A stretch of DNA of 64,000 nucleotides. Source: Novakomyces olei (taxonomy: Eukaryota). Below are positions 61,301-64,000 of the stretch, one piece after another (the first letter of the stretch is position 1; every line of letters starts with the position of its first letter). The notes under the pieces were generated by a model. It was not told the DNA's origin, did no database searches, and saw nothing but the letters and a program-made list of their open reading frames with translations. The position numbers were made by a program, and so were the translations under genes. The stretch lies in contig JADEYG010000015.1 of assembly GCA_016906335.1 (NCBI GenBank), positions 1,240,001 through 1,304,000 on the forward strand, in the 5' to 3' direction.

Positions 61301-63091
61301 TTAAAACACAATAGCAGCCCAGTGCATTTGAAAAGAATCTAGCTGAGCAAGAAACGCTTCTAAATCCGGATGCATCTGTCCAGAGCTAGGGCTTCCGGCG
61401 GATGCAATTTGCTTCGTTTTTACTCTGCGAATCCGCATACAATCATGTGCCCAGCGCTGGCGCTCAGCGAGAAAGACACCAAGAGCGCCGAGAGTTTCAA
61501 TAGCGAGATCAATCTCCAGGCCCTCATCGTCAGCTGGCATCTCTGGCGCCTGCAATGATTTGTAGCTAAAGAGAGCCAAAAGCACCATACAAGCAGCCCA
61601 TACAGTCATGAGAGCGGATCGAACTGGATAGGCAAAATGCCAATCCAGCTTTTCACGGTGCTCAAGGGCAAAAGAACGGCCGTATCGCTGCCACAGAGTA
61701 CGGATCGATCGGCGAGCAAGGCGGTTTGCTATTTGCACCAGCTGTGGGGTCATTTGCGTACCAGGATTAGCCAAAATATTACGGAAAAAGAGCAGCTTTG
61801 AGCGGACAAGCATAAGCTGCAATTCGTCGTAATGAAATGGCTTCATCTCAACCACATTGTTCTCAAAGCTAAAGTCAAAAATCATACGCTCGAGCCTCGC
61901 CACATCAATGGTTAAATCCAGCTCAGGTCGGCCTAATTTTGCAACATCAGACACTAATTTACAGATGCTTATTTTGCCCTGAAGGTAAGCAAACTCATAG
62001 TCCTCACGACCACCCAGACTCGGATGGGGCGCGCTTATTTCTTCGGCCATAAGAACAAGTGGCCGGCCGGAAAAGGCCTTGGTCATGCACGCAGAGGTCC
62101 ATGAATGCCAAAAATGCCGGCAAATACGCTCGTACATTACTTGATCGTCAATCTGCAGAAAAGTGCCGATTTTATGATAGCCAAGAGAAATTGCCATACT
62201 CATAGACATGAACGAGTACCCTAGTTGAGCTTCAATTGAACAAAATACATTCATAAAATTAGCCAGTAACGTAATGGCACACAGACCATTCAGAGAAGGT
62301 TTCTCCAACGTGTCGGCCACAAGTGATTTTGCTTGAATAAACAGGCTTTGCGCAAATGATCTGCCATTCCGCGTTCCTGACGAGTGCTGATCGATATTAT
62401 TTTCCCACCCGTTTTCCATTAGCGAAGCAAGTATCAGCGCCAGTATAACAAGCAACTTGTTATCTTGGCCAGTTAAACTGCACGAAAAAGCTGTAGACCA
62501 CATATCACGGTACACAACCTCAAATTCGCTTTTACTGATGCCGATAAATGGCCTGTTAGCATCGCGAAATAAAACTTGTACCAATTGATCGCACGTCTGT
62601 TTTGCTGGAAGCCCTCCACCATAGTAGTCCGGTGATTGCCTGCGTAAACGCGAAATCTGTTCATTAGTTTGTCCAAATATATGTTCAAAGCCGACTAAAC
62701 TTGGCTGAACATTCGAGTCTGAGTTCGAAACTCGCATTTCGTAACTGCCATTTCCACGCGCGTCCCGAACACGCTCGGTATCGAAGTGTAATCTTTGATT
62801 GGAACCAGAAGCCTTGCTACTGTTGCTGCTGCTAGTGGGAATACCTGCACTGTAGCTGCTTTCAGGAGAAGTTGTCTGCGGCTCTAAATTTCTGTTAAAA
62901 AGGATATGTTGTTCATAATCACGAGTATGCAGATTTTTGCGCCGCTTGTCTCGCGAATAATTGCATTCAGCAGGAGGTCTCGATTCAGAGCAGCTACGAC
63001 ACACAGGCAGGGCACGATTACACTGGATCTTTTTCGCTCGGCAGCGCTCACACGCTCTTTCAGAATAATGGTCCTGGCCTGGATCCATCAT
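61301..63091 (-). CDS. Zn(II)2Cys6 transcription factor
   Basis: CERCRAKKIQCNRALPVCRSC..C binuclear cluster plus a fungal TF middle region (SLGYHK..RHFW). First ATG at 63091. Confidence 0.92.
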   Translation of the reverse strand: MMDPGQDHYSERACERCRAKKIQCNRALPVCRSCSESRPPAECNYSRDKRRKNLHTRDYEQHILFNRNLEPQTTSPESSYSAGIPTSSSNSSKASGSNQRLHFDTERVRDARGNGSYEMRVSNSDSNVQPSLVGFEHIFGQTNEQISRLRRQSPDYYGGGLPAKQTCDQLVQVLFRDANRPFIGISKSEFEVVYRDMWSTAFSCSLTGQDNKLLVILALILASLMENGWENNIDQHSSGTRNGRSFAQSLFIQAKSLVADTLEKPSLNGLCAITLLANFMNVFCSIEAQLGYSFMSMSMAISLGYHKIGTFLQIDDQVMYERICRHFWHSWTSACMTKAFSGRPLVLMAEEISAPHPSLGGREDYEFAYLQGKISICKLVSDVAKLGRPELDLTIDVARLERMIFDFSFENNVVEMKPFHYDELQLMLVRSKLLFFRNILANPGTQMTPQLVQIANRLARRSIRTLWQRYGRSFALEHREKLDWHFAYPVRSALMTVWAACMVLLALFSYKSLQAPEMPADDEGLEIDLAIETLGALGVFLAERQRWAHDCMRIRRVKTKQIASAGSPSSGQMHPDLEAFLAQLDSFQMHWAAIVF

Positions 63092-63285
63092 CACCCATCG
63101 AAACTCTTTCAAATAAATCTAACATAAGCCCTGCTGCTGCATTCGAGCCTGTTGCAATTGGGCTCTCCCAAAACTATTGCAGCTCTTCCTTCATAGTACT
63201 AAGCTGACAATCAAGACTTTTTTTGCCCAGCTTTTTCATGGACCATTGTCGCAGGTTTCTCGATTATTTACGTATGTGTAGTAAA

Positions 63286-64000
63286 TGTTGTTGAAATATG
63301 GACTCTGTCAACTTATAAATTTACTGTTCTAAATACTCTCATTCCTTCAGCCAAAATTGAAACTATTACGATCTGTCTTTACCCCCGTATTGCTTATCTA
63401 CTTTCAGGATATGAATATATATATCTATGGATGAAACCCTTTGACCTTGGGGGAATTTCACTGTCTTCTACTGTAGCAAGATTATTAATATTAACCGTTC
63501 GAACAACCTATCCAACAATAATTTACATCAATAATTACAACAGGTTATGAGCCTGGAAGGTTAAATATTACATCTACTCAGTGATTAGAAGTGAAGTTAA
63601 GTTTCTCAATATTAAAAATTATTAAAAATCAAAAAACATGGCTCAACCAAATGTCACCCCCGTACTTGCCAATAGTTTGAGAAATAATACAATAATACTT
63701 GGAATAATTCCAATGTTGAAATCGTGGCACGAGTATAGTGAATGGAAATTGAAGATTACAAACAGATTGGAATTGCATGGGTTCTCCGCATTATTGGAGA
63801 GCGATCAAGACTCCAGTATTCCGAAAGTCACCGTTCTCGTAATAACAGCCGAACTAATCGAGGCAATAAACGAAAATCTACTTGGACCCCGCATTGAAGG
63901 AATAAAATCGCCGAAAGCACTCTTTAAATTACTCGATTTGGAATTTGGCAAAAAGAAAAATTAAGTGATTGAAGCTGTCGCCACTAAATTCATGGCTCCC
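63286..64000 (+). mobile_element. Ty1/copia (Ty5-like) LTR retrotransposon, 5' end (runs off window)
   Basis: 257-bp LTR candidate TGTTGT..ACAACA (63286-63542), immediately followed by GGTTATGAGCC (63543-63553; half-tRNAiMet type PBS) and a gag-like ORF. Confidence 0.85.
63638..64000 (+). pseudogene. Copia-type gag with in-frame stop
   Basis: YSEWKLKITNRLELHG..SPKALFKLLDLEFG resembles a copia gag N-terminus. TAA at 63962-63964, then the same frame continues (VIEAVATKFMAP). Confidence 0.65.

Overview
Intron-bearing ascomycete (probably yeast-like, early-diverging; this is inference) nuclear DNA with short GT-AG introns, CTAAC/CTGAC branch points and frequent AAG acceptors. About 1-25.5 kb is core housekeeping: TRM61/GCD14 5' end, M16 peptidase, RibD-type deaminase, esterase-fold protein, RGS membrane protein, a dispersed 5S rRNA gene, S9 peptidase, ribokinase, HEM15, SSL2/XPB and a PQ-loop transporter. 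About 25.7-64 kb is accessory: stress and detox enzymes (two look bacterial), nitrogen-scavenging genes, an orphan secreted protein, a kinase fragment fused to a 546-bp exact duplication, and the 5' LTR/PBS/gag of a Ty1/copia element. The best candidate for a new system is the cluster at 53-63 kb: a 479-aa orphan enzyme divergent from a GliC-like P450, an MFS transporter and a Zn2Cys6 regulator, with no NRPS/PKS. I infer an NRPS-independent cyclodipeptide (diketopiperazine) pathway, possibly RCDPS-like. All family calls come from motif recognition only; no searches were run. Exon structures were built by hand.
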